Shown here in pieces: positions 17,600 through 27,227 of a stretch of 64,000 bases of DNA (position 1 is its first letter; every line of letters starts with the position of its first letter). Under the pieces are notes generated by a model. That model did no database searches, was not told the DNA's origin, and saw only the letters and a list, made by a program, of their open reading frames with translations. Source of the stretch: a virus (Duplodnaviria > Caudoviricetes); the IMG/VR virus record IMGVR_UViG_3300035208_002098, positions 96,001 to 160,000 of that record; one strand, written 5' to 3'. Both the position numbers and the translations under genes were made by a program.

Positions 17600-18253
17600 T
17601 TATTTTCTACCTTTTACCCAACCTTCGTTTTCCCAATTAGGTAAATCGTCTTTTTTAATTTTTTTATTGTTATTATCTTTAGTAATCCAACAAGTACCAT
17701 ATTGTGAATTAGTTTCACCAACACCAGTACCACTTTTAATTTTAGACATTTTAACTTTAGTTTCATTTGAATGGATTTTACCTGTCCAATCAGGTATTAC
17801 TATTTTACCATCTTTATGCGTGTTTTTAGCTAAATTAGAAACCCTAAGACGATGTATTTCTCGATAATCACTATCGTTCTTTAATCTATTACCGTGTGCC
17901 TCACCACCTTTTTTACATTGATTCGCTTTATTATTTAAACCATTTTCATTTATAATGTAAAAACTACCACTACCACCGACAACTAAATTCATACATTCTT
18001 TCTTAGCTATTTCACTTAATGTAACTACTTCTTCCTCACGTTTCTTTAATTCATCTCTACTTTCACAGAATTCTAATATTTCTCTATTAAAATTAGTTTT
18101 ACCATGTTTCTTAATTGCTCTACTTAATCTAGTTCCACTACCTAGATAACCATCTTCTAGGTTATTGGTACTATGCATTCCTATATAATATCTACCACTT
18201 AATAGGTTAGTAGTTTTATAGATAAAATGATATTGTTTTTCTTTTCTCGCCAT
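17600..18253 (-). CDS. GIY-YIG (Seg-like) homing endonuclease
   Basis: FIYKTTN..YYIGMH..YLGSG. Confidence 0.88.
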   Translation of the reverse strand: MARKEKQYHFIYKTTNLLSGRYYIGMHSTNNLEDGYLGSGTRLSRAIKKHGKTNFNREILEFCESRDELKKREEEVVTLSEIAKKECMNLVVGGSGSFYIINENGLNNKANQCKKGGEAHGNRLKNDSDYREIHRLRVSNLAKNTHKDGKIVIPDWTGKIHSNETKVKMSKIKSGTGVGETNSQYGTCWITKDNNNKKIKKDDLPNWENEGWVKGRK

Positions 18254-18319
18254 AATATTCGTACTTTATTATATAAATATCATGTCATATTCAAAAAGTA
18301 CAAAAACATGACATTTGTG

Positions 18320-18391
18320 CGGCTTATCCGGGACTCGAACCCGGTTCTCCAGCGTGACAAGCTGGAAGGATAACCCATACCCTAATAAGCC
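18320..18391 (-). tRNA. tRNA-Asp(GTC)
   Basis: CCAGC-TTGTCAC-GCTGG, G73. Confidence 0.88.
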
Positions 18392-18396
18392 AAGTG

Positions 18397-18474
18397 CGGA
18401 CTAGAGGGAATTCGAATCCCTGTTTTAGAGGAGTGACAGTCCAATTCTCACACGCCAGTTGAGCACCCTAGTCC
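18397..18474 (-). tRNA. tRNA-Asp(GTC), divergent
   Basis: GGACTAG/CTAGTCC, loop CTGTCAC. Confidence 0.7.
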
Positions 18475-18475
18475 A

Positions 18476-19075
18476 TTATTTAATATTTTTACCACCATGT
18501 GTATCCAATGTTGCATTACAATTCGGACATACAATACGTAAATTTTCTATTCTATTATCATCATTAATACCATTTATATGGTCTAATATTAATGACATAT
18601 GTTTACCATCCCATTCTTCACCTTGACCACATAATTCACATTTACGTTCTTTTAAACCTTCTTTATATAATCTTTCTTTAAGGTTGGTAGTATAAATATA
18701 TGTAGAATTTTCAACTAATATTTCACTTAAATTTTTTTTAGCTGACGGTGTTTTCATACCATTCCTAAAATGAGAAATATCACATTTATATATTTTTATA
18801 TATTTTTTAATTGTTTGTCTATTACCCATTGTTGTAGATAGTTTTAAATTTCTACAAACATCTACATAATTAATAGAGTTTTTAATAATTTCAGTGAAAT
18901 ATAATTCTTCATATCTTTTATTAGGTAATCGTTTAATACCAAGTTTATCTATTTTTTGTTTAACATTTTTAATGTTTCTACCAGATAATAGTTCAAAGCA
19001 GTATTTACAACCATATTCTGGGTAATTGTTATATAAAATATCAATCTCATCCTTAGTCCATAATTTTCCAACCAT
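18476..19075 (-). CDS. HNH homing endonuclease
   Basis: LILDHINGINDDNRIENLRIVCPNCN. Confidence 0.9.
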   Translation of the reverse strand: MVGKLWTKDEIDILYNNYPEYGCKYCFELLSGRNIKNVKQKIDKLGIKRLPNKRYEELYFTEIIKNSINYVDVCRNLKLSTTMGNRQTIKKYIKIYKCDISHFRNGMKTPSAKKNLSEILVENSTYIYTTNLKERLYKEGLKERKCELCGQGEEWDGKHMSLILDHINGINDDNRIENLRIVCPNCNATLDTHGGKNIK

Positions 19076-19099
19076 ATATATTTATTTTTTAATTATTTG

Positions 19100-19171
19100 T
19101 GCCTAGAGTTGGAATTGAACCAACGACACCCGGCTCTTCAAACCGGTGCTCTACCCCTGAGCTACCTAGGC
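19100..19171 (-). tRNA. tRNA-Phe(GAA)
   Basis: Canonical cloverleaf. Confidence 0.9.
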
Positions 19172-19259
19172 TTTTTAAGGTTTTACCCTTATATTTTAAT
19201 TAATTTATAAGGTTATAAGCTTATAAACATACTTTATAAGCCTTTAAGCTTATATTTTG

Positions 19260-19290
19260 TGGAACCAATCGGAGTTGACCCGATGTCTAA
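19260..19290 (-). pseudogene. orphan tRNA 3' end (T-arm plus acceptor strand)
   Basis: ATCGG-GTCAACT-CCGAT-TGGTTCC-A directly after the HNH stop; no 5' half found. Confidence 0.55.
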
Positions 19291-19788
19291 CTAATGATTT
19301 CTTATATACTCTAATAACTTTTCATCATTATGTTTATTATGTTCCTCACTATGACAATTACCACATAATAATATACACTTATCTAATTCATTTTTTAACA
19401 CATCCCAACTTTTATTAGATGAACTAGAAATTGTGAATTCTTTTTCATTTTGTGATAAATGATGAAATTGTAGTCCTGATAAAGATTTATTATACCCACA
19501 TATTTGACAACAACCACCTTTATAGTCAATTGCTCTTACTTTAAATTTATATCTTCTCACCCTAATAGCACATGCACCACACGTTGACCGGTTTTTAAAA
19601 TTATTTTCAATTTCATGCCCACAAATAACACAATTATAATTTTTTACTTTTTCATTAGACTTAGTTAAACCTAATTTTTTTAATAATCTACCAACTGTTG
19701 TATCGTGACAATTTAAAATTGCACCTATTTTAACATTAGATAAACCACTTTCATACAGCCTTATTAACTCTTTTTCATCAACACCCAT
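19291..19788 (-). CDS. HTH + HNH homing endonuclease
   Basis: CQICGY...LQFHH...CGNCHSEEH. Confidence 0.85.
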   Translation of the reverse strand: MGVDEKELIRLYESGLSNVKIGAILNCHDTTVGRLLKKLGLTKSNEKVKNYNCVICGHEIENNFKNRSTCGACAIRVRRYKFKVRAIDYKGGCCQICGYNKSLSGLQFHHLSQNEKEFTISSSSNKSWDVLKNELDKCILLCGNCHSEEHNKHNDEKLLEYIRNH

Positions 19789-19820
19789 ATTTTTATATTT
19801 AATAATTTAATTATATTTTG

Positions 19821-19901
19821 TACTCTCGATGAGATTTGAACTCACACATCTTTCGATACCGGGTTTTGAATCCAGCTTGTCTACCGTTCCAGCACGAGAG
19901 C
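19821..19901 (-). tRNA. tRNA-Leu(CAA)
   Basis: Class II cloverleaf, loop TTCAAAA. Confidence 0.9.
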
Positions 19902-20003
19902 TTAATAAACCTATTTTTGCATGATAAACCAACCTAGTTTATTGTGCATAATAACATCGTTTTTACATAATATCATAATACATGTTATTATGCACGATTT
20001 ATG

Positions 20004-20660
20004 TTATTGTATAATATTTATTTTTCTACCTTTACACCACCCATTAGATTCATATTCAACTAATAATTCTACCTTAATCTTTTTATTACTATCTTCTTTG
20101 GTAATCCAACAAGTACCATAAGATGGGTTTTTATCACCATCATATTTACCTTTCATAGAATTAGATAAATTACTTTTAGTTTCATTAGTATGTTTTTTAT
20201 TTTTAAAGTTAGCGTGATTAAAATTAATCCGTTTATGACTATCACTTATTTTTTTACAATATTCTTTATACCAATCTTCATCATTTTCTCTCAACCATTT
20301 TATAATTTTATGTGATGCTTCATAATTAACCGTTTCAAAAAATTTTTTTCTATGTTCCTCACTACTAAAACCACCACCACCACCAACTTGTAAATTCATA
20401 CATTCTTTCTTAGCTATTTCACTTAATGTAACTATTTCAGATTCACGTTTCTTTAATTCTTCTCGTGAAGAACAGAATTCTAATATCACCCTACTAAAGT
20501 TCTCTTTACCGTGTTTCTTAATTGCTCTACTAATTAAATAACCACTACCTAGATAACCATCTTCTAAGTTATCTGTGCTATGCATTCCTATATAATATCT
20601 ACCACTTAATAAATTAGTAGTCTTATAGATGAAATGATATAATTTTTGTTTTCTTGCCAT
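20004..20660 (-). CDS. GIY-YIG (Seg-like) homing endonuclease
   Basis: Close paralog of 17600-18253. Confidence 0.88.
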   Translation of the reverse strand: MARKQKLYHFIYKTTNLLSGRYYIGMHSTDNLEDGYLGSGYLISRAIKKHGKENFSRVILEFCSSREELKKRESEIVTLSEIAKKECMNLQVGGGGGFSSEEHRKKFFETVNYEASHKIIKWLRENDEDWYKEYCKKISDSHKRINFNHANFKNKKHTNETKSNLSNSMKGKYDGDKNPSYGTCWITKEDSNKKIKVELLVEYESNGWCKGRKINIIQ

Positions 20661-20723
20661 GATATTTGTACTTTATTATAAATATCTAGTATTTACCAAA
20701 AAGTACAAAAACATGACATCGGG

Positions 20724-20806
20724 TGACCAAGGTGAGAGTCGAACTCACACGTCCTTTCAGACAGTAGCTTCTTAGACTACCGGGTCTGCCATTCCCCCAC
20801 TCGGCC
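20724..20806 (-). tRNA. tRNA-Leu(AAG)
   Basis: GTAGT-CTAAGAA-GCTAC. Confidence 0.88.
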
Positions 20807-20814
20807 AATAAAAG

Positions 20815-20886
20815 CGGTCCGGAAGGGACTCGAACCCTCAACCATCTCGCAGACAACGAGTTATACCACCATTGTACTACCGGACC
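20815..20886 (-). tRNA. tRNA-Asp(GTC)
   Basis: GGTCCGG/CCGGACC, loop TTGTCTG, G73. Confidence 0.8.
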
Positions 20887-20892
20887 ATTAAT

Positions 20893-21021
20893 AAAAGTTT
20901 CTTATATCATCACATTGGCCAGATGTGACCTTCCTATCAATATATGTTTGTCGACCAACATAAATAATAAGTGATTTATCTCCCTCACTCACGGAGGGCC
21001 TTACATCATAAAGATTCTTTT
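20893..21021 (-). ncRNA. three-hairpin RNA with palindromic loops
   Basis: CCCTC/GAGGG, TATGTT-GGTCGACA-AACATA, TCACAT-CTGGCCA-ATGTGA. Confidence 0.5.
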
Positions 21022-21024
21022 CTG

Positions 21025-21107
21025 TGACCTCAATGGGAGTCGAACCCATACGCTCTTAGAGCATTGCCTTTTAAGGACAACGTGTCTACCAATTCCACCA
21101 TGAGGCC
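21025..21107 (-). tRNA. tRNA-Leu(TAA)
   Basis: TTGTC-CTTAAAA-GGCAA. Confidence 0.92.
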
Positions 21108-21112
21108 ATTTG

Positions 21113-21187
21113 CAGTATAGGTAGGATTTGAACCTACAACCATAGGAAGGCCGTTCCCGTGCTCACCCATCTTCTCGCTTCTATACT
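21113..21187 (-). tRNA. atypical tRNA, anticodon GGC (Ala?)
   Basis: AGTATAG/CTATACT, loop ACGGCCT, lacks G3:U70. Confidence 0.5.
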
Positions 21188-21253
21188 AACACCTAAATCT
21201 TATTACGTAATTATATAAATAGGTGTGGTGATTACCTTCAAAGTAACCATTTG

Positions 21254-21335
21254 TCCCCCAAGAGAGATTCGAACTCTCACGCATTTTCAGCCACGGCTTC
21301 TAAGACCGCTGTGTCTACCGTTCCACCATCGGGGG
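21254..21335 (-). tRNA. tRNA-Leu(TAG)
   Basis: GCGGT-CTTAGAA-GCCGT. Confidence 0.92.
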
Positions 21336-21367
21336 ATATTACCAATATTTCAATGAACTAAATCCAG

Positions 21368-21452
21368 TACGACCTGTAGGATTCGAACCTACGTTATACT
21401 ATTCGCCTCTACTGTGTAAAAGTAGTGCTCTTACCAACTGAGCTAAGGTCGC
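21368..21452 (-). tRNA. tRNA-Val(TAC), long variable region
   Basis: CTACT-TTTACAC-AGTAG. Confidence 0.85.
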
Positions 21453-21459
21453 ATTTTTG

Positions 21460-21547
21460 AGTACCCGGTCAGATTTGAACTGACGATGAAGCTTTCGCTT
21501 TGGTGGTTTTGCAGACCACCCCCTTCGACCACTCGGAGCACAGATAC
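21460..21547 (-). tRNA. tRNA-Cys(GCA), long variable arm
   Basis: GTGGT-CTGCAAA-ACCAC, V-arm AAGC-GAAA-GCTT, U73. Confidence 0.85.
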
Positions 21548-21591
21548 ATTTTTATTTCAATTTTTAAACTTTAACTCTTTAAAGTATATGC

Positions 21592-21627
21592 AAAAAAAAA
21601 GTCCAATTCTTTTGTAGAACCGGACTT
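21592..21627 (-). terminator. attenuator terminator, tRNA operon 2
   Basis: AAGTCCGGTTCT/AGAATTGGACTT hairpin plus T tract. Confidence 0.85.
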
Positions 21628-21662
21628 AGTTTTTTATGTTTTTAAAAATTTGTTTTACCAAA

Positions 21663-21770
21663 TTATTTATATAACTTATTAACGTAGTCCGACCTCTTTA
21701 ACGCATCAAATGCATCAAATAAGACTGCTGTACAATCTAGAAGGGCTAATATGTTAAAAGTTGTTATCAT
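21663..21770 (-). CDS. leader peptide 2: MITTFNILALLDCTAVLFDAFDALKRSDYVNKLYK
   Basis: 35 aa ORF; 16 of codons 8-24 are L,A,D,C,V,F. Confidence 0.88.
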   Translation of the reverse strand: MITTFNILALLDCTAVLFDAFDALKRSDYVNKLYK

Positions 21771-21796
21771 TTTTATATTTTTTGTTTTATTACTAC

Positions 21797-21880
21797 TTGT
21801 TTGTTTATAAATATACTGCAAATATACGAAAAGTTTCAATACGAGTCAAGTATTTTCGCATTTATTTTTAAATTATTTTA
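21797..21880 (-). promoter_or_regulatory. tRNA-operon promoter repeat, copy 2
   Basis: Near-identical to 6231-6318. Confidence 0.85.
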
Positions 21881-21913
21881 CATTTATTTTTTAAAATGTT
21901 GATTACTAATACG

Positions 21914-22300
21914 TTAATTTACTCTAATAACCTTATAAAAAATATTATTACTACCGTATGGAATACAGTTTACTGATTTACCAACTTCAAGATTTGACAT
22001 TTCCACTATTTTTTTATCTCTAGTATACGACAGAACTCTTTTTTCATCTAATATATTTATGATATTATCTAATGTTTGATTTTCAGCTAATGTTTTATGA
22101 TTTGGTTTTGGTTCTTTATTATTAATAGGATTAAATATCGGATTACCCATATTACTACCCATTGATGTATCTATTAATATTAAATTATATAATTTATTAC
22201 CATCTATATCTTCTTTAACTATACTTCTATTAGAATTTTGTCTTTGTTCGGTTAACAGATTAACCTTTTTAATATTTTTTATTTTATCCGATTTTCTCAT
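21914..22300 (-). CDS. hypothetical protein
   Basis: 128 aa ORF after ATATTTATAA motif. Confidence 0.65.
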   Translation of the reverse strand: MRKSDKIKNIKKVNLLTEQRQNSNRSIVKEDIDGNKLYNLILIDTSMGSNMGNPIFNPINNKEPKPNHKTLAENQTLDNIINILDEKRVLSYTRDKKIVEMSNLEVGKSVNCIPYGSNNIFYKVIRVN

Positions 22301-22358
22301 AATATAAATGTTTATTATAAATATTTGACTTTTAATAAAAATTAGGTATATTATATGT

Positions 22359-22682
22359 ATGGGGTATGTTTATTTATTACATAATTGGGATTCAGAATGT
22401 GACTTATATAAGATAGGTGTAAGTAAACATGAAGATATAATTAAAAAACGTATTAATGGTTTGCAGACCGGTAACCCACATGAGATATTATTAGTTAATA
22501 AATATGAATGTGAAAATTACTATAGAGTTGAAACCATGTTACATAATTATTATTTTGGTAATCATAAACGTGGTGAATGGTTTACGTTAGAATTTGAACA
22601 AGTGAAAGAGTTTACGGATAAATGTAAATACTTTGACGATATGATTATATTATTGAAGAAAGAAAACCCATTTTATAAATAG
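22359..22682 (+). CDS. GIY-YIG / T5orf172-like protein
   Basis: GYVYLL..YKIGVS..RINGLQTGNP..GEWF. Confidence 0.82.
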   Translation: MGYVYLLHNWDSECDLYKIGVSKHEDIIKKRINGLQTGNPHEILLVNKYECENYYRVETMLHNYYFGNHKRGEWFTLEFEQVKEFTDKCKYFDDMIILLKKENPFYK

Positions 22683-22925
22683 TTACATAACAATAAAACA
22701 AGCAATATAACTTAATGTAGCTAATATTATAAATAATATAAACCCAGATTTACAAGTATAATACAAACAACCATATTTTGAATTTTTCAACCAAAAATTG
22801 TAATTCCAGATAGTATCTTCTTTTTTATATGCTGTTTTTAATCCTAATTTAAGTATAATGATAACTACCAACCAAACACCGAAAAAGCTGTATATTTTAA
22901 TACCCATTTCTATTTTTTCATTCAT
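22683..22925 (-). CDS. small membrane protein
   Basis: Two hydrophobic segments. Confidence 0.6.
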   Translation of the reverse strand: MNEKIEMGIKIYSFFGVWLVVIIILKLGLKTAYKKEDTIWNYNFWLKNSKYGCLYYTCKSGFILFIILATLSYIACFIVM

Positions 22926-22952
22926 AATAAAATCATTTATATTAAATAAGTT

Positions 22953-23234
22953 TTACTTTTTTGTAATTACAATTCTATGAACTTCTTCTATCCCATCACG
23001 TTCTAACTCACGCTTAACTTCTATATCAAACAGTTCTTCAATAGTTTTTACCTTTTTATAAATTTCGGGGCACATATATTTCTTTCCTAAAGAATAACCG
23101 TGTGTCCAAACCCAATTAAATCTATCTTCAAGATACCATTGGTACCACTTATTTATATTACTTAACTTGTATACCTTGAGTTCGTAACAATTACTTATTT
23201 GATTATCTATTATTTCTATTTTATATTTATCCAT
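22953..23234 (-). CDS. hypothetical protein
   Basis: 93 aa ORF. Confidence 0.6.
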   Translation of the reverse strand: MDKYKIEIIDNQISNCYELKVYKLSNINKWYQWYLEDRFNWVWTHGYSLGKKYMCPEIYKKVKTIEELFDIEVKRELERDGIEEVHRIVITKK

Positions 23235-23432
23235 TATGATTTAAGTTTTAAAACATCATTAATATAATTATCTACAATCACCCCAATACCAATGACCTTT
23301 ACTAACCCAAGTTACGGTTCCATCATAATAAGGATATTTCATACCATTATTAGAAACACTTATTTTTAATTTAGTATTTTCTTTTTCTAATTTATTAATC
23401 CTTTCTTCGAGTTTTTTTAAATCGTCCATAAC

Positions 23433-24440
23433 TTATAGTTTATTATTTAACATTTCTTCAAAATCATTATAAATAATCTGTTTTGGTGCACCTAATATAT
23501 ATTCTTCGAATGTATCATAAGTTAAGGCGTATTTATAAGTTATTTGTTCTTTAAAATCATTTAATGAATCACCAAGTTCTTTGCCTTGTAAACCAAATCT
23601 TCTCATAACTTCCCCACCATTGAATTTAGATTTAATATAAAGCCCTTTACAATATTCATATTCTAATCGTCTAATATTCTCTATTAGGTTAGCTTCCGGA
23701 AATGCTTTATCAATAACGTCAACATAATTTTCAACAGTATCAAATGTATATTCTTTTTTAGGTTGTTTATCCATCCATTCTAGGAATGACATATATGATT
23801 TGCGTTTAGCATTTCTGTCTCGGTTAATTTTATTAAGTTGACTTAATTGAAAGTTATCTTGATTGAAAAACTTTGATTGGTAGATAAATTCAAATATTTC
23901 TTCTAAACTATCAAAACCTTTTTCCCATTTAGAGAAATCTAAATCAAAAAAATTATAGATTCTATCATAATCTTTAGATATTGAGATTGAACCTATGTAT
24001 GACCCCTTAAATTTATGTTTATACCATAAACCTTCTTGACCATATTTAAGTCCAAATGATTGTGCTAATCTGCCAATAAAATTACCTAAATCATTATATG
24101 AAAGATACATTTGGTTTGTGTAGAAATCGTCTGGTGATGTTTTAATAAAATCAACTTGTATTTCTTTATAATCGAATGACCAACAATTTCCGTTATGAAA
24201 TATTTCATTAGGTGAAAATAATTTAGTTATTAAATCACCAATATTTGTGTTTGAATCTTTGTCTACACAACAAATAAGGTCAATATCACCAAAAGAATCC
24301 TTACTTTTGAAGAATAATGGTATTGCAGTGTCCATTACATGACCAACTAATTTACTACGAATTTCACTAGAAAATAAATCAAATTCTTCTCTAGTACAAC
24401 GTCTCGTATGCGTATTTTTTAATGCTAATCCTCCTAACAT
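23433..24440 (-). CDS. nucleotidyltransferase-fold protein
   Basis: KDSFGDIDL and QVDFI; C-terminal FNGGEVM..GKELG. Confidence 0.7.
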   Translation of the reverse strand: MLGGLALKNTHTRRCTREEFDLFSSEIRSKLVGHVMDTAIPLFFKSKDSFGDIDLICCVDKDSNTNIGDLITKLFSPNEIFHNGNCWSFDYKEIQVDFIKTSPDDFYTNQMYLSYNDLGNFIGRLAQSFGLKYGQEGLWYKHKFKGSYIGSISISKDYDRIYNFFDLDFSKWEKGFDSLEEIFEFIYQSKFFNQDNFQLSQLNKINRDRNAKRKSYMSFLEWMDKQPKKEYTFDTVENYVDVIDKAFPEANLIENIRRLEYEYCKGLYIKSKFNGGEVMRRFGLQGKELGDSLNDFKEQITYKYALTYDTFEEYILGAPKQIIYNDFEEMLNNKL

Positions 24441-24454
24441 GATATTTCAATTTT

Positions 24455-24667
24455 TTATTTATTATTTTCCAATATATCTAAACCAGATAATAGAATATCC
24501 AATTTAGCACCACAGTCAAAATCAACGGCTACAAACCTATCTTGACTACCCCATATTGACAATTTAGTGTGAGGTATTGTCTTACCTTCTTGACCAACAG
24601 TTAATCTACTGTCATATTTAGTTAAATCACACGTTAATTTAACTCTTCTTGAATTACCATATTCCAT
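24455..24667 (-). CDS. hypothetical protein
   Basis: 70 aa ORF after a TATCTTTG promoter. Confidence 0.65.
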   Translation of the reverse strand: MEYGNSRRVKLTCDLTKYDSRLTVGQEGKTIPHTKLSIWGSQDRFVAVDFDCGAKLDILLSGLDILENNK

Positions 24668-24744
24668 GTTATATTATTTTTTATTTATTATAACGCAAAG
24701 ATAAAACAAAAAAACGAGACTTACAAATAAATCTCGTTTTAATT

Positions 24745-25056
24745 TTATTTTTTTAATATTTCCCTAGTATATGGATTAAAATGTTCTGTTACATGACAAG
24801 GTAAAATATCGTCTTTAGTTAATGGATGTCCCAACCTATCTTCAATACAATTCATACATAACATCCCTTCACCGACACCATATTTAGCCCATAAATCATG
24901 TTGTAACATATAAAAATCACGGTCATCAATAAAACAATCAGTACCACAATCACAACAAATCCATTTACTTACCGGTGTAAGACGATTAGTTTTAGTGTAT
25001 AACGGTTTACCATTCTTTATCGTTCTAAGAGTTTTTTTAAACATTATTGGTTCCAT
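24745..25056 (-). CDS. Zn-finger hypothetical protein
   Basis: CCDC...LCMNCIEDRLG. Confidence 0.65.
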   Translation of the reverse strand: MEPIMFKKTLRTIKNGKPLYTKTNRLTPVSKWICCDCGTDCFIDDRDFYMLQHDLWAKYGVGEGMLCMNCIEDRLGHPLTKDDILPCHVTEHFNPYTREILKK

Positions 25057-25058
25057 AT

Positions 25059-25964
25059 TTAAACCAATTCAACTTTATTTAATGAAAAACTGCTATTATG
25101 TAATTCCATTTTATCTAATGAAAGGAATTTAGACATGATTTCAGGCTCATATAAGCTAACCTTAATATTATGCTTACCTTCTAATAGATAAGGGTAGAAA
25201 TTAGCTCCAAACGCTAATTTTGATTGGTCTTCCGGTAGTTTTGATACTAAATATTCCCAATCAATAGTTTTGTTAGCACCTTCTGCTCTACCTTGGTTAC
25301 CATGTGGTAATAATACGAAATAATCTACTTTATCTTCCCACGTATCGTATATCTCAATAAATGTATCAATTGATTTTCTATCTGAGATTATATTATGGAA
25401 ATTTAATTTGATACCGGCATTGTAAAAGAAATCCGCTGCATCACCCCAAGAGTCATTTAAATGTGGGTGACAACTTACTGCTACACCACCACAAAATTCT
25501 TGTGTTGCACTTAAAATTTTCTTAATTCTTGGTAATGCATCACTGATTGTCTCATTTGGTAAAGTTTGTGAGAACATACCATTTGTTGTATAATTAGGTA
25601 CAATACCTAAATCATGGAATGCTTTTAATATGTTATACCAATCAGGGTGTTCAAACAACTCACCAGAGCCGGGTATTGCAACTTGAAATGGTCTTTGATT
25701 TTCAGTCATTTGACCAAAATAATTAGTTATTCTTTGTGCAGCATCTTCAACACATTTACCATTAACATTACCTTTTAAATAACACCATGGGCAGTTAGCA
25801 CGACATAAACCATTCATTGTTTCAAATATATCCACATCGTAAAATTCAGGATATTTTAGTTCAGTAATAGGTTTTGTTGGGTCTAACGCAATTCTTAACG
25901 TTTTGTGATTATGGTATATACCCTTATAATTTGATTCAGGAAATACTCTAGTTTTAATATTCAT
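25059..25964 (-). CDS. radical SAM protein
   Basis: CRANCPWC (CxxxCxxC), NYTTNG. Confidence 0.85.
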   Translation of the reverse strand: MNIKTRVFPESNYKGIYHNHKTLRIALDPTKPITELKYPEFYDVDIFETMNGLCRANCPWCYLKGNVNGKCVEDAAQRITNYFGQMTENQRPFQVAIPGSGELFEHPDWYNILKAFHDLGIVPNYTTNGMFSQTLPNETISDALPRIKKILSATQEFCGGVAVSCHPHLNDSWGDAADFFYNAGIKLNFHNIISDRKSIDTFIEIYDTWEDKVDYFVLLPHGNQGRAEGANKTIDWEYLVSKLPEDQSKLAFGANFYPYLLEGKHNIKVSLYEPEIMSKFLSLDKMELHNSSFSLNKVELV

Positions 25965-26054
25965 ATTATTTTTTTATTGATTAAACATTTAATTATAACG
26001 CAAAGATAAAACAAAAAAACGAGACTACCAAATATAATCTCGTTTTTTTATTAA

Positions 26055-26549
26055 TTAGTTACTACCTTCTTCTGAGTGAAATAAACTATTTAAATTACTT
26101 AATAGTTCTGCAGCTATTTTAGTGTTTTCATTATCTAGTTTACTAGTAACCTTAATTTCCGTTGTACACTCATGACCACCATAATTACTACCGTAACCAT
26201 AAGCCCACCATTCAGGTTTTGGGTATTCACCGGATTGTATTTTATCAAAAAGTTCTTGTATCTTTTCGTTATAATCATTATCTCGATAAGATATTTCACG
26301 GCCAAGATATTCACTCAAAATACCTTCATCTCCCAATTTTTCCGTTCTTTGTTCATCTAATTGTTCCGATGTAATTTCGAATGTAAATAAATCATCGGCT
26401 GTTAATTCTGACCCACCAATTTTTAAGATACTATTGATAATACCTTTAACCGTTTCTATACCACCTTCAGAAACTTGTGTGTAAATAGTTGTTGAACTAT
26501 TAGTTATAACGTCAACTTCACTGTGTAATGTAATTTTTAAACTTTCCAT
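26055..26549 (-). CDS. DVITNSS-motif protein (paralog 4)
   Basis: HSEVDVITNSSTTIY. Confidence 0.75.
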   Translation of the reverse strand: MESLKITLHSEVDVITNSSTTIYTQVSEGGIETVKGIINSILKIGGSELTADDLFTFEITSEQLDEQRTEKLGDEGILSEYLGREISYRDNDYNEKIQELFDKIQSGEYPKPEWWAYGYGSNYGGHECTTEIKVTSKLDNENTKIAAELLSNLNSLFHSEEGSN

Positions 26550-26571
26550 TTTTTATATTTAATTTAATTTA

Positions 26572-26898
26572 TTATGAATCATATTGTGCGTCATGGTTAA
26601 ATAAATCATTTAATCCGTTTAGAATTCTACTTGCTACAATAGCATGTTCATTATCTGATATACAAGTAACAACCAAATCTACATCTGTGTAGCCGTAATC
26701 ACTTTCATCGTCACCACCCACTAAACTGAATGTAAATAAATCATCAGCTGTTAATTCTGAACCACCAATTTTTAATAAGGCATTAACCATATCTTTCACT
26801 GATGATATAGTACCCTCGTCAGCTTGTGTATAAATAGTCGTTGAACTATTGGTTATAACATCCACTACACTATGGATTTTAATTTTTAATGTTTTCAT
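26572..26898 (-). CDS. DVITNSS-motif protein (paralog 3)
   Basis: HSVVDVITNSSTTIY. Confidence 0.75.
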   Translation of the reverse strand: MKTLKIKIHSVVDVITNSSTTIYTQADEGTISSVKDMVNALLKIGGSELTADDLFTFSLVGGDDESDYGYTDVDLVVTCISDNEHAIVASRILNGLNDLFNHDAQYDS

Positions 26899-26921
26899 TC
26901 TTTTTTAATTATATTATGTTA

Positions 26922-27215
26922 TTAATTATCTGTTTTATAATTGAATATATCAGACACTGCATTACATGTGTTTTCCATTGACCAATCTATCATAAGAATA
27001 ACTCTATCATCATCATCCTCTGGTCCGTAAACTTCAACACACCCACCATTACCGGAAGAGTTACCTTCTTCTCTATCCATTTGTATAAATGGTTCTAAGA
27101 TTTCTAATATTTCTTTTTCTGTTTTACCATCATCAACAACATAAATCATTTCTGAACTATTTGTTATCACAGATGATACACTATGTATATTTAATACAAA
27201 TTTTCTTTTTTCCAT
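26922..27215 (-). CDS. DVITNSS-motif protein (paralog 2)
   Basis: HSVSSVITNSSEMIY. Confidence 0.75.
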   Translation of the reverse strand: MEKRKFVLNIHSVSSVITNSSEMIYVVDDGKTEKEILEILEPFIQMDREEGNSSGNGGCVEVYGPEDDDDRVILMIDWSMENTCNAVSDIFNYKTDN

Positions 27216-27227
27216 AACTATTATTTT

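Noticed and set aside
19260-19290. tmRNA 3' end
   Set aside because: No matching 5' end or tag reading frame found nearby; kept as an orphan fragment.
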